Positions 13,463 to 27,220 of a DNA stretch of 64,000 nt are shown in pieces. The stretch's first letter is position 1; each line of letters opens with the position of its first letter. Position numbers and translations under genes: made by a program. The notes beneath the pieces are model-generated. The model had not been told where the DNA came from, did not search any database, and saw nothing but the letters and a program-made list of their open reading frames with translations. Origin of the DNA: Paecilomyces variotii. Its lineage: Eukaryota. The stretch lies in NCBI GenBank assembly GCA_004022145.1, contig RCNU01000001.1; one strand, given 5' to 3'.

Positions 13463-15920
13463 TTTACGCGAAGTTAATAATAATTTGAAACTCGAGGTCC
13501 AAGAGATACGACTATTTCGTAGAATGCAGTGTGACATGGATTTGCTAAATTCGAATCATGAATATAATAATAGTAGTAATACATGATATGTTACCAGAAT
13601 CTTTGCTGCTTGGTGGTCCATCTCATGCTGTATATAAAGAGAAGTTGGCCTTTGTGATCTCAGACTGACGGTTATGACGCAATATGGCAAGGCGAGTCAA
13701 GTAAACAGAGGGCAGGATAGAGATTAGAATGGGAGATGTCAGCGATAATATAGGTATAGGTGTTTCTGTAATAGGCGTCCTGTGTAGATGTAGTGATTCC
13801 TTAACGATGTATATAGTATGGATCTATCGCAGCAACGTCAGCGGAGTTAATCAGTAGGCACTAAACCGGGCTGTGTATCTAGGTACCTATTCGTAGTTAA
13901 ACCGAACCAAACCTATTCCTCTAAACCACGCGCTGTCGAAGAATCTTACAATATAGCAAACAAAAAGGATATCATCCCTTAATAGAGTAATCAAATATCT
14001 GAAACATGAACACTCTAACCGATTTAAGCTACTCACCACCAGCCAAGAATGCGGGGTGTGGCTTTTGCACTCAAGGGAGAAGAGTCCAGAGTCCAGACCT
14101 CATACCACACTCTAGAAAATTCTTATCATGGATCCGACGACTCGGTTAATTGTTACTCTATCCCGCTTTGCTTATGGTTAGTTTTTTTTCTCCGAACGCG
14201 GCCGACTTGGGAAAAGTGATGAATGATGCATCGTGGTGACCCACAAACTTAGAATGGATTAAGATTTTTTTGACAATATCCAGTTATGCGGTCATAGACC
14301 CTGCACTCGAGTTTGCTCTGGAGAAAGGTCAATTGCCTTGGTTAAATGAGTCTGGTTTCTAGAATCGAATCTTGAGGCCTGTATGCTAAGTATGACATCA
14401 GAGCCAAATCACCCCACTAGTTACCTAGCTGGTGAGCGATCATGAGTCGGGTGTTTCTCAGCAGCACAAGGGAAGTTAACTTGGTTAACGAAATGATCGG
14501 TACTCACAGTCCAGAATACAAGTGGCAAGTGATCTGATCATGATAGTTAAAAGCCATAATATGATAGTGGTGCTCTGATGGCGTCTTGACTGACCCGACA
14601 AGAATGAATAGAATGAATACGAGTATGTATGGCGTGTACATGGCTATACGTCTGTGTACGTACATTATCGTTTTCATTTATCTAACTTACTAGACGACAT
14701 ATCTCCAAGTACATAATTTGACGAAATTCACCGACCGCGCAAGTCATGCAGGAGTCGTATATCTAAGCCTCAGCAATGCGTCCGCCACCCCGAAGCCTAG
14801 ACTATCGACTAGTACTAACTTAAACCCCAGAGGGAAACGTCGAATCGCCGGAACGGGGAAAGGATGGATGATCGATCGGCGCCTTCAGTACTCTAACGGC
14901 CCGCACGGACGCGTCAACGCACGCAAGGAATCAGAGGACCCTTTTTGTCGATCGGGCGCTGATCTATGTGTGACGCTAGAGTCCGCTAGAGGACTCACTA
15001 CAGCATAAAAATCGCTCTCGAATTCGTACTAGAGAGGGAGAAATTGACTGTTCCTCCACGAGAATAAAACTAGACTAGACTAGACAAAAAGTCTCATTAT
15101 GGACCAAATACTAAACTAGTTGTTCCCAAATGGATCTCTCGGAGGCAACGGAGGACTAGTTTCTTTCGCGAAGGCCACCAATTCCCGGATCACGCGGATA
15201 GCCGGAGCTCTGGACCACCGCAAAATTTATTCGGAGTATTACTCACGATCAGCGTGGTTGTATGCGGTAGGCGGATCGGAGCGGCTCTGGCTATCCGGAT
15301 TGCGCGGCACAGTCGGATCGTCGAGATGATGGAGTGTTAAGTAGGGTGTGGGAAAAGGGGGCGTTGGGGATATCCCACGTTCATGAATATGGTTAAAGAT
15401 TCAATCTGGTTGTTCATGGAGAATGCATCCATTAATGTATGGTACATGAGACGAATATATATAACGAACCAAGAAAAAGTACATGTTCTTGTGCAGTCTC
15501 ATGTAAGAATATATGTCCAGGGGTAAAAGGTCTTCCGTAGGAAGATCAAGACAATAAAAAAGCACCCAATGAAGATGCATATCCGTAAGCAAGAACCCCA
15601 AGAAAAACCAAACATCTATGGGTACATGGTATCGTATCCCGTGTCACGTAACCGGTCCCAATCTATCCCATGTCCAAAAAACGCCGTATGAAGAAGCAGA
15701 ACCCAAGAGGGATGGCCCCTGCTGGCCATATGCAAAACTCCCTCGCTCATTGTATCGACATTGCTCAGCCAGCAGAGCCTAGTCAAAAAGAAAGTCTGCC
15801 GTAGCAAGTATAACCAAGAAGTATGACCAAGAATTAATAACCACCGAAATGAAAAGAAGGTCGTGCAATCTGGAAAAGGACGTGTCAAATACGTCCGAAG
15901 ACTATTCAATTGGAGCCGCT

Positions 15921-16696
15921 TTAGGCGGCGACCCGGCGAGAGCGGCCAATGCCGAAGGCCTTCCGAAGGCTGATGCGCCTCTTTGGCTGGAAGTCCCTCC
16001 TGTAGAACGGGTCGTTCTTGAAGTCTTCTTCGGTAAATTTCTTGTAAAAAAGGTTAGCTACTCGTTCGTGGCTCACGGAAGAGATTGCAGGTTACTTACG
16101 AAACCCGGTGGCATCCTCATAAATTGGCCATATTCCTCACCGACCATGTTGGAGCCCTCCTCGTATTCATAGAGGTGCCCATCTCTGTCGCTGGATCCGG
16201 GAGGGAAGAAAGCGACACCATCCAGAGGCCTGTGGCGTTGGATGCTATCCACGATCTTGTCGGGATGGGTAGCCCGGAGAGCCATGGCATTCGACTCTTT
16301 CACAGCCTCGACAGGGCTGCGCTTGCTGTTTCTGTTGCGCTCCGGATAGACGGCATCGTATGGGCCCTCGTGGTGGTATTGCATGTCGGCCACGTCGTCC
16401 AGTCTGTCGATAACATCTGGACGAACCCGATCTCTCCGGCTCGAGTGACGGTTGCTGCCGGCCCTGTTTCCGCTCTGGTAACTGCGGCTGCGGTGAAGAC
16501 TGCCATTGTTCTTCACGGGGCTCGTACGGCCCTTGGAGTCGACTGGCTTGGGAGTCGGAATTGGATCGTCGAACGGATTCACGGGGAAGTAAGCAGGCTC
16601 GAACATGGTCATGGGCCTTGCCCCTGGGGGCCGACGGAAAGGATTGGTAGAGGAACGGAATGGATTGGTAGAAGCATTCATGTTGCTGTTGATCAT
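15921..16696 (-). CDS. Pal1-family cell-morphology/endocytosis protein
   Basis: Multiple NPF motifs plus DVIDRLD..YHHEGPYDA..RN..SPVEA, typical of Pal1-like proteins. Intron 16041-16099; last exon KFTEEDFKNDPFY..RRVAA*. Start placed at MINSNM (uncertain). Confidence 0.82.
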
Positions 16697-19600
16697 GTTG
16701 TCCACCTTTCTGTACAAGTGGTGATCAAGACTATACAATCCAATCTGTATAGTGGAGCAGGGATATATATTCGGTTACCACCGTCAGTGGTAAGAACAAG
16801 AGAGATGAGAATGTGTTTTGCCTTGCTTTGTATGCTCGAACGGTAGGTATATGCAGATGTAAGACGATGTAAAATGATGTTTGAATGGGATTGTAGAGAG
16901 ATGTAGAATGGAAGGAAGAAAACGGATGGAAGAAGGCGTAGGGGAGCATATATAAAGGGCCTGGACTTCGGTGACGTGTGGGATGGCTTGCGTACGCCGT
17001 GCCCAATGCTTATTATGGTGGGCTCGACCGACGGGACGAACTGTTGCCTCTCTCCACCGTTCCAGCGATGGTTTTGTACTAACGCGCCGCCGTTGGGTTT
17101 AGCAGCGACGCGTAGTAAGGCTGACCGGACTTGGATAATGAATTAATGCTGCTTAACTCTGTTTGCGCGCTGGAATTATACTTAAACTCCCAGAGTTGAC
17201 TTCACCACAATCGGTACACTCGGGATGGCCCCGACGTCAGCATTATGCACCGGTCGGCAGAAGAGAACCGGCATCTTAAGCAACCGGATTCTATGCCAGC
17301 TGATAGCATCATTGACAGACAGAAAGAGGAAGGCATCCGACTGTATGCTGTGCTAAGCTTTATTATGCTGATGTGAAACTGCCGCTGAGGATTGTCCGGA
17401 CTATGCGATCGGATGGCCCAAGCGTTCCCGCCCCCGGCGCTCTAGAAGCCAGCTAGAACAGAATGTGTCGGACAATGGAACTTCTCTACTGGGAAAGAAT
17501 GTTCTTTTCTTCTTTTATACAGAGATTGGCTAACCAACAACGAAGCAGAAGACCGAATTCTTTAGAACTGACCTTTTTTTAGAACCCATCGTACTGCTCT
17601 TCGCCCCAAGGTCCTTCAAGTCATGATATCCGAACGAAATGTGCGTCACTCTGTTGTTGCATGTTGGAGAAATTAGTGTGCAAGAACCGGCCGACAACGG
17701 ATTTAGCAGCGGCATATCAACGCTATTTCGGAAGAATCAAAAAAGACAACACAGGCATAGTCCGATCAAGAATTTGGTACTGAGGTAGAAGAATATCAGA
17801 TCAGCCTACTGCCAGGCGCAGAATTCGGGCCCGAAGACCAAAGTTAGAAGAGACCGCTGGTAAACTGACTTCGTTAATTAACTTACCTGGCTCTTGGACC
17901 TGCTGAGGGTATTTTCCTACCTGGAAGTTTAAGATAATACCACCGGATCAAGACACTCTGAAGTCAATGGAAGCGAATCCAAAATACACCATTACGTTGA
18001 CCTCATCGGTGGGTCTTGCCGTCAACCGACTGCCAACAAGACGGAGGAGTCTGTGATATCACTACCATAGCACTATATGGTACTCATCTTCCAATGCGTC
18101 ATGTAGTTTTCTCAAAATTGATACTTTACTATTTACGGGGCATTAAACCAAGGTACTCTACGTTACAGTTCCATCAGAGCTTTGTTTTAATATGGACTCT
18201 CCGATAGAAAAGTACGGTCACTCGATTGGTATCTGCGATAGATTATTATTGTGTCTAACCCAAGCTCATAGAGGGAATAGAGGAATCTACCCATTATGTT
18301 AGATTGGTCATACTTCAATGGAGATCTTCTTTTTAGCTGAGACATCATGTGGCCATATAGCACCATTTTGCATTGAGATTATCGATGATTCAGTTGTAGG
18401 AAAGTACCCTTGCGGATTCACGACTTCCTCAACCTTCTCGTTGCCCCCTCTACTTACCTTCCTCCCGCTACTCTGTATTTTATATTTACACAGCTAAACA
18501 TATATGGGGCCCTCGTCACTTGGCCTCTAGAGACTTCATATGGAGTCCATCAGTTCGTCTGTTGCGTTTATTCATAACACGACCGCCCCTGAACGGTCCT
18601 TCCTTTTTAGTCCCTCATGGAATAAAAGCTGTCAAGAATACCTCTAACTTCTAAGGGGACACTAGCTACGTGGCTGTCCCATATCATTTATTGATATTCC
18701 AAAGCCTTTATCACGCAACAAGTAGCCGAGATAGTGGCATGGATCATAACAGATCCCCCAACAACAATACGGATGTGGCAGTTTCTCCCCCTTTTTACGT
18801 ATTCTTGTTGATCATCTCTCATAACAGTAAATCTATAGGCGCTGCCTAGTCTCTGAAGATGAGCCAGGAATCTTCTTGAAAATCGCAGTTTGCAACTTGG
18901 ACTACGCTCGATACCTTAAAGGAAGGGGCTGCATGACGCCGCGCTCACCCCCACAAATGAATCCACATGGACATTGGCATATCGAAAATGCGGGCCACAT
19001 TAAACATCAAAAGCCGGGACTTTGAGAAATGGCGATAAATTTGAGGTTTTGCTAGTCATAAGAGGCATGCCCATCGAAGGATTTGCAGATTCCTCCGGAA
19101 GGGGTCTTGATTATTGCTAGTGCACATCTTATAACGAGGTTGAAATCGCATAGCTTCGACCGCGAATTTCAGTATATATCCTGTGCACTCTGGAACTGGA
19201 AAGATACACGACTGTTGTCAGTTGGTAGCTTTCCCAGCAGTAGATACAAAACAGTGTTCCTGCGTGGCTCGCTCGCAGATTGGCCTCAGTGGGGAGCCAT
19301 AACAATAAAACAGATTCCAGGACAAGCACTGCCAACACTAGCTACTAGAATATGCTGAGGAATTAGTGGAAAAATGAATATTGCCAGAGACTTCAGGCAA
19401 CTCAGATAGTCATATACTGCCATTGTACTTCTGAACCCTCTCTTCCACAAAGAATAACACACTGACTACGATATCACAGACCAAGAGCGCCCGCATAGAC
19501 CATGTAAGACTGAAAGCACTGAGGGAGGTATGCCTTGAAAAAACCATAGGGATATACGTTTTCTTCCACTTGTCTCTCAGATGCGCTGTCAATAGAGATT

Positions 19601-19884
19601 TTCAATGTTCCTCAAAGCCGACCGTATTGCCTGCCGTAGTTTGAGCAAGTACATCAACGCCTGAGACCTGTAATCGGACAGTTTAAGACAGACATCCAGA
19701 GGAGTCGCCCGAAGTGCACCGAATAACTATGGTTTAGCGCTTGACGGGCCAAGGAACGATTCTCCACATTTCTGGCTCCGACGCCGCGTTGATTCGCTAT
19801 CATGTATAAGTAGACAAGAACAACTTGGAACGTTGACCATTTTCTCAATCAACATACGTTAGGTATGGCTGGCACTTTATCTTG

Positions 19885-20971
19885 ATGGCTCTAGTACAAT
19901 ACTCAGATTCCGAATCTGACACGGACGATCGTCGCTCCTCAAGTGCCTCGCCACCTAGACCGGCAAAGAGATTACGGCAAGATAGTCGCCCTTCAAAACC
20001 CAAAGAAACGTCTTCGTTGCCAGCGCTGCCTGCAAACTTTCACGATCTGTACGCGTCTAGCACGAGAGTCAGTGTGAAAGACGATCCTAGTCTTCATGGC
20101 GGCCGCAAGCGCGTCATTCCTCACGTCGAGGGAAACTGGCCGACCCATCTATATCTCGAGTGTAAGCATCTATCCTGCGGCATGTAATAAGCCCGTGCTT
20201 TGGCTGAAATAACACAGGGTATCCATCAAAACCAGAACTAGATGTTCTGAACAATATCATCTCTCAAGTCCGAAATCAGCTTGGCCAGAGCAATATCAAG
20301 GTCCACAGTCTGCTCCAGAATGACCTGGGAGTTTACCTTCCGCTTCACATCAGTCTATCGAGACCCGTAGTCCTCGTGACTGAGCAGAGACAGCAATTCT
20401 TGGATCTGTATCAAAAAGCAATTGTACATTCGGATATACGACCGTGAGTACACGGTTCTTGCAGGAAATGCAGGTGTCTAACAGCAACCTTAGGTTTCAC
20501 GTCACTCTAGAGGAACTGGATTGGGTTTCTAATTATGAGAAAACGCGCTGGTTCCTGGTTCTGCGCGTGAGCAAGCCGGAAAATGACAGTTTGAACCGCC
20601 TTTTACGGATATCGAACCAATGTCTAGCCTCTTTCGGTCAACCGCCGCTGTACGAGAGCGCTGCCAAGTATCCTTCTCTATCGCGTGGGAAGGATAAAAG
20701 CGGTACTTCTCGCGGGAAAAGAAAGGAAGATCCCCAGAGAGAGGTTACAGAGTCTACTATGGATTATTCGAATTTCTTTCACATATCTATTGGATGGAAC
20801 CTCGAGGAACCATCTCCGCAGGATAGAGTGCGTGTCAGCTCAATAGATCTTGGGAAGGTAAAAGAACTGAAAGTGCATTTTCTCTCGGTCAAGGCGAAAA
20901 TTGGAAATACTGTGTCGAATATAGATCTCCAAACGAAGTCCCTGGAAGAGAGGGGTTTCGTGGGGCTTTAA
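19885..20971 (+). CDS. USB1: U6 snRNA 3' phosphodiesterase Usb1 (2H phosphoesterase)
   Basis: MALVQYSDSE start, [23 protein letters not shown], and two HxS motifs (LHISLSRP, FHISIGW). Introns 20162-20217 and 20444-20493. Confidence 0.92.
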
Positions 20972-21354
20972 TGAGTGATTACATGTTGATATCGTGAAAA
21001 TGAAAATTGAATAGTTAAATGGTTGCGTACAACAACAGAGCCATTCGATATCGCTTTATAATAACCAACAACCACGCGGTCATCTGAAGTGGTCGATCGA
21101 TTTCCATACTCATGTCTGCAATTTTTCCGTGGGTCGATGCGGGCGGGCTTGGGCGACGCCGACGCTCCGCGTTTCTTCGCGTTAAATTCCTCCCGCTTAC
21201 GTAGCTCCCTCCTTTTCTCTTCGCCAACCTCTACTTAAGCTCCTGTCGGCCTCGAGCGTAGTTTTGCGCCAAACTGCAACCGAGAGACAGGCTGCGAAAG
21301 GGTCGAAAAATTTGATGAGCTAGGTGTCACGCTCCGGTATCTTCTCTAACGGAG

Positions 21355-21968
21355 ATGGCCACCGGTGCAACGGGGCAGTTGCAGGCCCCGTCTATCAGCC
21401 TGGTAAGATCATTTGCGCTCTTCGTCATATCTATGGTTTGATTTATTAACTACCCGAACAGGATGAACTCCAAGCCTTCCATACGCGGCATTTCCCCGGA
21501 CAGGGTCAACCCCCTATGCCGAACTTTGCCCACGAAAATGCTCAGCTTGGCGAGAGTGAATATTATGAAGAAGAAGATGATGGACTAGGATATTATCCAG
21601 ATGGCGTGAAGCGAACCCTTACCGACGAACAGATCCGTATATTTCGACATAGTGAGATACACGCCATTCTGCGCAAGAGACAGTTGGAAGAGGAGCGGAG
21701 GCTTCAAGAAGAAGAGGACGCAACTGGCCGCAGTAGCGAGAAAGGACCAGTGCACTCGATAAATCCCGACCAGACGTCGATGGATCGGAAGACAGATGCT
21801 AGCGTCCCTAAGTCGTCCGGTGGCTCTGATCACCGAAAGGGTGATCAAGGAGTATCTGGTCTTGATTATGATGGTGACTCTTCTTACCGAGTTAATACCA
21901 GGGACGATGCTGCGGCGGCAGCTGCTTCCCGTTTCGCGGGGAGGAGAATCATCTCCTACGATGATTAG
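21355..21968 (+). CDS. Conserved fungal protein, DUF3807-like
   Basis: DELQAFHTRHFPG and DDGLGYYPDGVKRTLTDEQIRIFRHSEIH motifs. Intron 21403-21461. Confidence 0.82.
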
Positions 21969-22620
21969 CCAATAATCGAAACTGTGCACCTGTATTAGGT
22001 GACCTGTTCGATCCAAGTGATCCTACATCACCTCATTGAGTTGAGACTCCGCAGACCGTTGACGATTAGTCAGACGGTCTCTTCTACATTGATGGCTATG
22101 AGGGTTGATGCTTCAGGTGAGTTATTATTAAAATCATTTCGAAATTCATGCGTTTACAATGATGAAATCCTTTTATCGTCATCCTTAGTCGGACGCCATA
22201 CCAATTCATTTTCTATATGAATCGTGTAAGGCATTGACGACGTTAATCTTCTCTCTGAATTCAACGCGTTCTTCATTTCCGCGATTTGACTTCTTGTCTG
22301 GCGAACCCGGCTAACAATGGTGAAGGTTCCCCCAAGTCTTCGAAAGATTGCCGGAATCATATTGACAAGGGAACGGTCTTGATGATAGAAATGAATGAAT
22401 GATGCTAGCTAGAGCTCCTAGCTAGGACCCCCTCCTCGTGGTAGAAGCGATGAAGGTGTCTTCGTATCTAATCCCTAGAACTGGCGGTATGATAGACTCA
22501 CTGATCATCTGACAAATCACCTGACTAGATGAATGCCTGCTAATCATCCAATTGTAACAGATCGGAATTTTGAATTAAAGCGGTGATACCACCCGATTTC
22601 GATACATATCATCGACCTAT

Positions 22621-23010
22621 CTAGCCAATGTTCCTGACGCACCTGATGCGCGTCCCCGGGTCAGCTGTATCAAGATTGTTACACTTTCCATTCAATATTC
22701 TCAAAGCCGCTCCGGTGCAACTCCCGCCGTTACCAGTCTTGTCCGAGTAACCGACCCAGTTTGTACCTGCAAGGTAGACTGAGTGGCTTGTGTCGTCCAT
22801 GGTGACATCACGGAGTAGAATAGAGTGATGGCCAAAGTTGATGGGGCCCGAACTGAGGACGTGCGATGAGCGACCAGTATAGCTGACAGAGCTGAGAATG
22901 AGATGAACTTACCAGTCCCCGGACTTGTACTCGTTGGCCTTGGGCAAGGCTGCGTGGACGGTAACGCCAGCCATGAGGGCTGCGGGGACTACGAAGGCAG
23001 AGAAATGCAT
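22621..23010 (-). CDS. Small secreted cysteine-containing protein (109 aa), absent from the ORF track
   Basis: ATG 23010; intron 22853-22912 (GTAAGT..CAG). Spliced product: MHFSAFVVPAALMAGVTVHAALPKANEYKSGDCSGPINFGHHSILLRDVTMDDTSHSVYLAGTNWVGYSDKTGNGGSCTGAALRILNGKCNNLDTADPGTRIRCVRNIG*. Signal-peptide-like N-terminus and 4 Cys. Confidence 0.82.
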
Positions 23011-24619
23011 CCTTTAGTGTTTCAAGAGGTATGATGCGAAGAGACGCTACTTCTTTTCAGATCGAGTGAATAGTCCTGGAAAGCAGACTATGTTCTATTC
23101 TGTGCGTTGAGTTATGATCAAAACAGGAATTCAGGAGCTCTTTATAGGAGCCAGTGTGATACTCGAGAAGTCATGGTAGCGCTGGAGCAAGACTCGAAGG
23201 ATTGGAATGCCTGTAATGAACCACGAGGATGAGAGGCAATTTCTCCCTTTCTGAATACGGAACTGAAGCTGAAGCTGAACAACGAAAGCATTGGCAACCC
23301 ACAGGGATGTATGTACATCTCCCTAGAACGTCTCAGCCTTGATGCTGTACGACCGTACACAGAGCAGGGGTTGTCCAAAGCTTTGACGGTGAGCGTTATT
23401 CAGTGCTCTTATTGACTAGGTATCACTATGTAAGCAAAGCATGTAACAACCGTAATTAGGGCAAAACAGAAGAGTCTGGCTCAGTGAAACAAGCCGATTA
23501 AGCCGCATCACGGAGAAAGTGCTGACCACTCCACGACCAAACAACATGGACACGACGCGAGAAAATCTGGGGAAACGGACGACAGCGGAAAGACGGGACA
23601 TCATGCTACTACTGCTGAAGGATTCATATGCTTGCCGTTTGCTGATTTTGTACGTATATATGCGAAGGCTTACAGCTCTGTGTTGCGTCGCGATGCCCCA
23701 TGGGCTGATGACATTTTCCAAATCTGTGGAACCAGGAAATGTGTTCGAGGCCCGGGCTGAGAGGGGATGGAAATACCTTACGTTGGGAGGTATGTTATGT
23801 ACACTGAGACTGAACTGGTGTAAGCTGTGGGATACAAGGATGAGATATAACTGACAGCTCAGCTATTCATTATTATTACTCCGTAGTTGAACTCGAGATA
23901 TACTCTTGAGTAGCCATCTCGGGTCCGAGACGAGTCTAGACAGCAACAGCTCGATCTGGACACCGGCCAGCACGTGGCCCCTAGAGATGAAACTAGATAG
24001 AAATGTCTTAGTCAAAACACTACTTGTATGTTGAAAAGTTAGTAACTATTAGCAGTAGCTAACTTAATGTGAGCGAACAGGATTGGGTGATTATGTGACA
24101 GACAAATCCAAGGACGACGCATAAGCTTCCGGGAAAGGGACCGTCCAGGGTTGGTGCCCGAGATGGATTGCGGTTTTCTTTTGCTTTCAAGCTGACTGGC
24201 TGTATTGTCTTTCTGGAAAAGAAGAAGATCTCGTCAGCATTGGCGAGGGTGAAATAGATGACAGGCCGTTATCGGGCCCGCTATGCGAACGCCTTGTGGG
24301 GCATCCCAGCAGCTTAAGATCTGAAGGTAGGCTACGGGGGTCTAGAGCTGTAATTATTTTATGATTTTATGATATTTCGATTTTTTTTTTCTTGTTCTTT
24401 TTCTTTTAAGCTTGTTCTACTGCTGATAATACGGCGGAGGAAATGGTGTTGATGGGTCAGGAGAGTTACTCCAGTGTAGATATCGGCTCTAAGTACCATA
24501 CTGCCTTATCTAGGTACTTATCTATGATAAGACTGGTGGAAAACTACCGCATGCATACGGACGATCATTGCATCACAGCTTGCTGTCTGTTCTTCCCACT
24601 CTTGTAGCACCAAATAGAA

Positions 24620-24657
24620 TAATAATAGTAATAATAATAATAATACTCACAATAATA
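24620..24657. repeat. Imperfect (TAA)n microsatellite
   Basis: taataatagtaataataataataatactcacaataataa; explains the poly-Tyr in the spurious ORF 24565-24876. Confidence 0.7.
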
Positions 24658-25063
24658 AGAACAAGAAGAAAAAAAGAAGACTAAAGAATATACGAATGAC
24701 TCGACGACCACCGGCATCGGCGCAGAGATTTCGCTCGATCGCGGCTTCGGGCTTCCCCAGTTTCTCGCCAGAAATTGACTGCGGTTCGTCTTACGTCGCG
24801 ATTCCGTGATTCGCTGCCACCTGTTGGGTGGAGCCATCCAGTGGCGGGGGGGCGTTTTCTCTAGTAAGAAGAACATCTCGAGCTCTCGGACTCTATTACG
24901 CTGGTCGGTTCCCTGTCATGGTGGACTCTCACTGTCATCATTTTCTGTGTCTCTGTGCGATTGAGTCGGGCTGCAGGGTCGTTAACTACGTATCCCATAT
25001 TGAGATCTAATACCTTATATCCAAATCCAACGACAGCACTTGTCTGACAGGCCAGACGCAACC

Positions 25064-26847
25064 ATGGCGGCCTACGCCCCCGATCGTACGGTGGACGACA
25101 TTGAGAGCTCCCAAGGGCACAACGAGAAGGACCTCGATCCCGAATTGCCCGACTATGAGGCGCCCTATGCGGATCCTTTTGGCAACGAAGAATTCTCCGA
25201 GGTCAAGTACAAGACGATGGAGTGGTGGTACGTGGATCTATCAGTTCTCGAAGTCGTGAGATCATCTGGCTAATCCGATATGCGTCTGACAGGCAATGTG
25301 GAATCAGTATGTCCTTCCGTGCAATAATAAATAAATCAATAATTAGATCCAGCTGCAACTGACCACTCCCGTCTCTAGTCATGGTGGCAGAAACCATCTC
25401 CTTGGGTATTTTGTCGCTGCCCGCTGCAGTCGCATCGCTGGGATTGGTTCCGTACGTCAATACTCTCTCGATGTGCGAAAGCCAAACAGGAGCGTAGCAG
25501 CTAATATCAAACAGGGCGATTATCCTCATCGTTGGACTGGGTTTGCTGGCCACATATACTGGCTATGTCATCGGCCAGTTCAAGCTGCGCTACCCCCACG
25601 TCCACAGCATGGCTGATGCCGGTGAGATCATGCTAGGTCGATTTGGACGGGAGCTCTTGGGAAATGCGCAGCTGCTGTTCTTGATCTTCATCATGGGCAG
25701 CCACCTCCTGACCTTCACCGTCATGATGAACACCGTCACTGAGCATGGCACCTGCTCCATTGTCTTTGGCATTGTGGGGATGGTCGTCTCCTTCGTGTGT
25801 GCCCTGCCGCGCACCATGAAGAATGTGTCGTGGATGTCCATTGTGTGTGAGTAATCCTCGAACGGTGTCAGCTGTGTTGGATCCATTGCTGATGCGGTTT
25901 CATACAGCTTTTATCAGTATCGTCTCGGCCCTCCTGATTACGATGATTGGTATCGGCATTGAGCATCCTGGCAAGCATGTCGACGCTACCGTGAAGACGG
26001 ATCTGTACAACGGCTTCCTGGCCGTGACCAATATAGTGTTTGCCTATGGTAAGTCTGGTCTGGATGACGATCTTGCCTGTTCGTAGCTGATTCCTCTGCA
26101 GCCGGTCACGTCGCTTTCTTCGGTTTCATCTCTGAGTTGAAGCGCGCAGAGGAGTACCCCAAGACTCTATACATGCTGCAGTCGATCGATACCAGCATGT
26201 ACCTGATTGCAGCTATCGTCATTTACCGTTATGGCGGCAAGGATGTCGCCTCGCCGGCATTGGGATCCACTGGCCCCATCTTGCGGAAGGTGGCTTATGG
26301 AATTGCTATCCCAACCGTAAGTAATGCCGTCAAGCATCACCGCTAGGCTTGTGCTGATCTCAGACCAGATTGTCATTGCCGGAGTCATCAACGGCCATGT
26401 TGCTGCCAAGTACATCTACGTGCGTCTGTTCCGTGGTACCGACCGCATGCACAAGCGCAGTTTTGTCTCGGTGGCCTCCTGGATTGGCATCACTCTGGCC
26501 CTCTGGGTCATCGCCTGGGTTATCGCAGAGGCTATACCTGTCTTCAACAACCTTTTGAGTTTGATTACCGCGCTGTTTGCTAGTTGGTTCACTTGTGAGT
26601 ATCTCCCGCTTTTCTGTCTTGAGTACCCTTAGCTGACCCGATAATAGATGGTATGAGCGGTATCTTCTGGCTCTTCCTGAACCGCGGCAAATGGTTCTCT
26701 TCTCCCCGCAAGATCGGTCTGACGATCCTTAATCTCATTATTTTCGGAATTGGTGGCTGTCTGTGCGGCCTGGGCCTCTACGTCTCTGGCAAGGCGATCC
26801 ATGACAACCCCAGCAGCGCGAGTTTTTCGTGCGCGAGTAATGTATAG
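25064..26847 (+). CDS. Neutral amino acid permease (Aa_trans/AAAP family, Neurospora Mtr-like)
   Basis: DPFGNEEFSEVKYKTMEWWQCG..MVAETISLGILSLP..YTGYVIGQFKLRYPHVHSMADAGE..NIVFAYAGHVAFFGFISE..IAEAIPVFNNLL. At least 7 GT-AG introns, including those flanking a 14-nt microexon (25293-25306). Confidence 0.93.
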
Positions 26848-27220
26848 GCGAGTTTGATGCATTGTTGTGTTATGTGTATACAGCATTTATTCGAACTGTC
26901 AATTAGTTCATGCACTGCTTGGTGACTTCAAGTTGAGACGCCGTCATGTCGTTGTTTTATTACGGGCGGTTGCTTACTATATCCCTGGGCGAAGTGTCGT
27001 TGGCATTCTTGATGCATCTGGTGTTGGGGGTTCATACATAGACTGATTGCGTTGTGTATATTTTTGCATCTGATGAACTGGATGAATTGGTAACGGCAGT
27101 TGATAATTAATTTCCATATTTTGGCATATCCGTTTCCAGAGATCTACTCCAATGTGACGTAGACCAGCTCAGCCTTAGGTTCTGTCATGGTGTTCATCTT
27201 ATCATAACTAGCAAAGCTAT

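Noticed and set aside
16085-16846. Long antisense ORFs (also 10558-11061, 27296-27769, 29447-30028, 30084-30710)
   Set aside because: They shadow well-supported GC-rich genes on the opposite strand and contain no recognisable motifs.
13540-19850. Hidden genes in the long intergenic stretches around the Pal1-family gene
   Set aside because: Only short motif-less ORFs and interrupted coding-like patches (e.g. ~17760-17850); nothing I can support without a homology search.
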